64,000 nt of DNA. Origin: Candidatus Binatia bacterium. GTDB lineage: Bacteria > Desulfobacterota > Binatia > HRBIN30. The notes beneath the pieces are model-generated. The model was not told the origin of the DNA. It was given only the letters and a program-made list of their open reading frames with translations, and made no database searches. Below, in pieces: positions 62,399-64,000 of this stretch. The translations under genes were made by a program, and so were the position numbers. Each line of letters starts with the position of its first letter. Within the stretch, counting starts at the first letter, position 1. The stretch lies in the NCBI GenBank assembly GCA_038245295.1, contig JBBRSP010000010.1, forward strand, positions 64,001 to 128,000. The letters are read 5' to 3'.

Positions 62399-64000
62399 TT
62401 ACTCGCGCATTTTTCGCCTACTAGTTGCAATTGAATCCGGGAATACGTGTGCCGGGTAGAGAAGGTCCCTGACCCGCTTCTCGCTCACTGCACCGTTGCT
62501 TCTGACGACGTCAGGCATTCCTTCGAGACAAACGCGCACATTGTCCCTTCCAAACAGAGAGGTTGCTTGGTCGACGAGTTTCCTCGCTTTTGGGCTGGCT
62601 TGGCTTGCGGTAAGCCACCCGTGCTCCGAATCAAGTGCGAAGCTTACGATCGAACAGTACGGCTTAGACGAACGATTTTTCCGAGCGCTCAGCAAGGCTC
62701 GATAGACGAAGTCGTCCTCGGGCAGCGAATAGCCTAGCAGGACGATGTGACGCGCATTCTCCAAGGCTACTCGCATGTCGCGCTGGATTTCTTCCAAGTA
62801 GGGCGGATGGTCGCCCTTGAAGCTGCTCTGCATGATCAATGGTGCATGGCGTGATTCGGTCAGCGTCGCGCAGAACGAACAGATGATCTGATCGCCACGG
62901 CCTTTGGCGAACGCTTCTTCCTCTTGCTCGCATCGCCGGTAGCCCAGCCACGCTTGTCCTTCGGAAAAGCACTTCAACGGCGGCGGAGGGAAGAGCGTTT
63001 CCGAAAAGGTGTCCCAACTATCCCCGAACGCAACGATCAGCTTGCCACAGTTCGGACATTCGCGGAACGATGTGCATCCGTGCGGGAAGTAGAACTTTCC
63101 GATGCGGAGGCGGCGGTCGGTGACATGCTCGACGTCATTCAGGCGTTGCGTCGCCGTTTCGTTGCAGGGGTACCAGACGAGCGGATCTTGGGAGTCTACG
63201 CGGCGGACACCCATAAAGTAGCCGAGGTCGTTGAAGAGTTTCAGCGGCGCCGGCGGTGATCCGACATGAGGCACGTCGGATGAATAGTTCGCGTCTCTGT
63301 GGGCCCCGAAGATCAGCCACATCAAAATGGGATCCCAGTTCAGGCTGATTACGGCGTAGCTGAACATGTAGAATTCGCGCTGGTCGAGCCGGAAGTGTTC
63401 TCGGAGGTCGAGTCCCTCTTGCTGCATGAGGTGGGCGAGAATGCGGGCGAAGTCGCGATACAGATCGAGAGTGCCCCGATGGCTGGTGCCGACCGTTTTC
63501 CATGCGAAGAACATCATCAGGCACGTCAACATCTTCAACGCGTTACGGGCTGGCAGAAGTCTTTCCGGCCTGATGAACGAATCGGTTTTGCCGTTCGGCA
63601 CGTCGTGGAAGCCATGACGCGACGCCAGGTGCATGTCGATCAAATTGAAGAGGTCGACCAGTTTGAAAGTGTCTGGATCGCCACCTCCGGGACAGAGACG
63701 TATCAGCCGCAACAGCGTTCCCCAATCATAGCTGCCGCACAGATCGTCCTCTTCGGTACGTTGGCCACACCCTCGCTCCCCCGCGAAATGACGCTCGCGT
63801 ATCGCGACGCGGTTCCGGTGTCCCGGATCGGGGTCACCGAGCAGCGCCAACATGTCGGCGAGCTCACTCGCCATCGGCTCTGCAGGGAACGCATCTGCGA
63901 CTCGGTCTTCAATCGTCCGATCGCGCGCGGCGAGCTTGGCGAGCCGTGCCCCAATGTCACCGGTCGTCGGCAGATCGAGGGACGCCGTGGCCCCGGCGCC
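62399..64000 (-). CDS. SIR2-like domain protein, N-terminus beyond the window edge
   Basis: Frame open to base 64000 reading GAGATASLDLPT; ISLNWD, FPHG, CPNC/CSFC zinc pairs, LLGYSLPEDD. Confidence 0.8.
   Translation of the reverse strand, partial: GAGATASLDLPTTGDIGARLAKLAARDRTIEDRVADAFPAEPMASELADMLALLGDPDPGHRNRVAIRERHFAGERGCGQRTEEDDLCGSYDWGTLLRLIRLCPGGGDPDTFKLVDLFNLIDMHLASRHGFHDVPNGKTDSFIRPERLLPARNALKMLTCLMMFFAWKTVGTSHRGTLDLYRDFARILAHLMQQEGLDLREHFRLDQREFYMFSYAVISLNWDPILMWLIFGAHRDANYSSDVPHVGSPPAPLKLFNDLGYFMGVRRVDSQDPLVWYPCNETATQRLNDVEHVTDRRLRIGKFYFPHGCTSFRECPNCGKLIVAFGDSWDTFSETLFPPPPLKCFSEGQAWLGYRRCEQEEEAFAKGRGDQIICSFCATLTESRHAPLIMQSSFKGDHPPYLEEIQRDMRVALENARHIVLLGYSLPEDDFVYRALLSARKNRSSKPYCSIVSFALDSEHGWLTASQASPKARKLVDQATSLFGRDNVRVCLEGMPDVVRSNGAVSEKRVRDLLYPAHVFPDSIATSRRKMRE

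Overview
High-GC bacterial DNA. The PT-linker and dockerin-like secreted proteins suggest a Binatia/Deltaproteobacteria-like host (inference only). The left ~39 kb is largely chromosomal backbone: CYP153-like P450, a TolC-MFP-RND-two-component operon, a 3347-aa surface protein, mrp, mutS2, ispG, thiD, OmpA, hydrolases, a diheme cytochrome, an alkyl sulfatase and ispH, with several families of intergenic REP-like repeats. At 40761-40802 the 3' half of tRNA-Val(CAC), followed by arm-type repeats, marks the left boundary of an integrated island that runs off the right edge. The island looks like a defence/conflict island: several toxin-antitoxin pairs, a WYL regulator, an ADP-ribose-processing cluster (ADP-ribosylglycohydrolase, bacterial PARG, metallophosphoesterase), a DUF6745 pair, IS21/IS1182 debris and a SIR2-like gene. 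The best candidate for a new system is a two-gene operon at 56142-59190. It encodes a gasdermin-like protein that unusually carries a lipoprotein signal peptide, and an exported LysM-subtilase with an intact catalytic triad, i.e. a candidate extracytoplasmic gasdermin pore system gated by a peptidoglycan-binding protease. All family assignments come from motif recognition by eye; no database searches were run.
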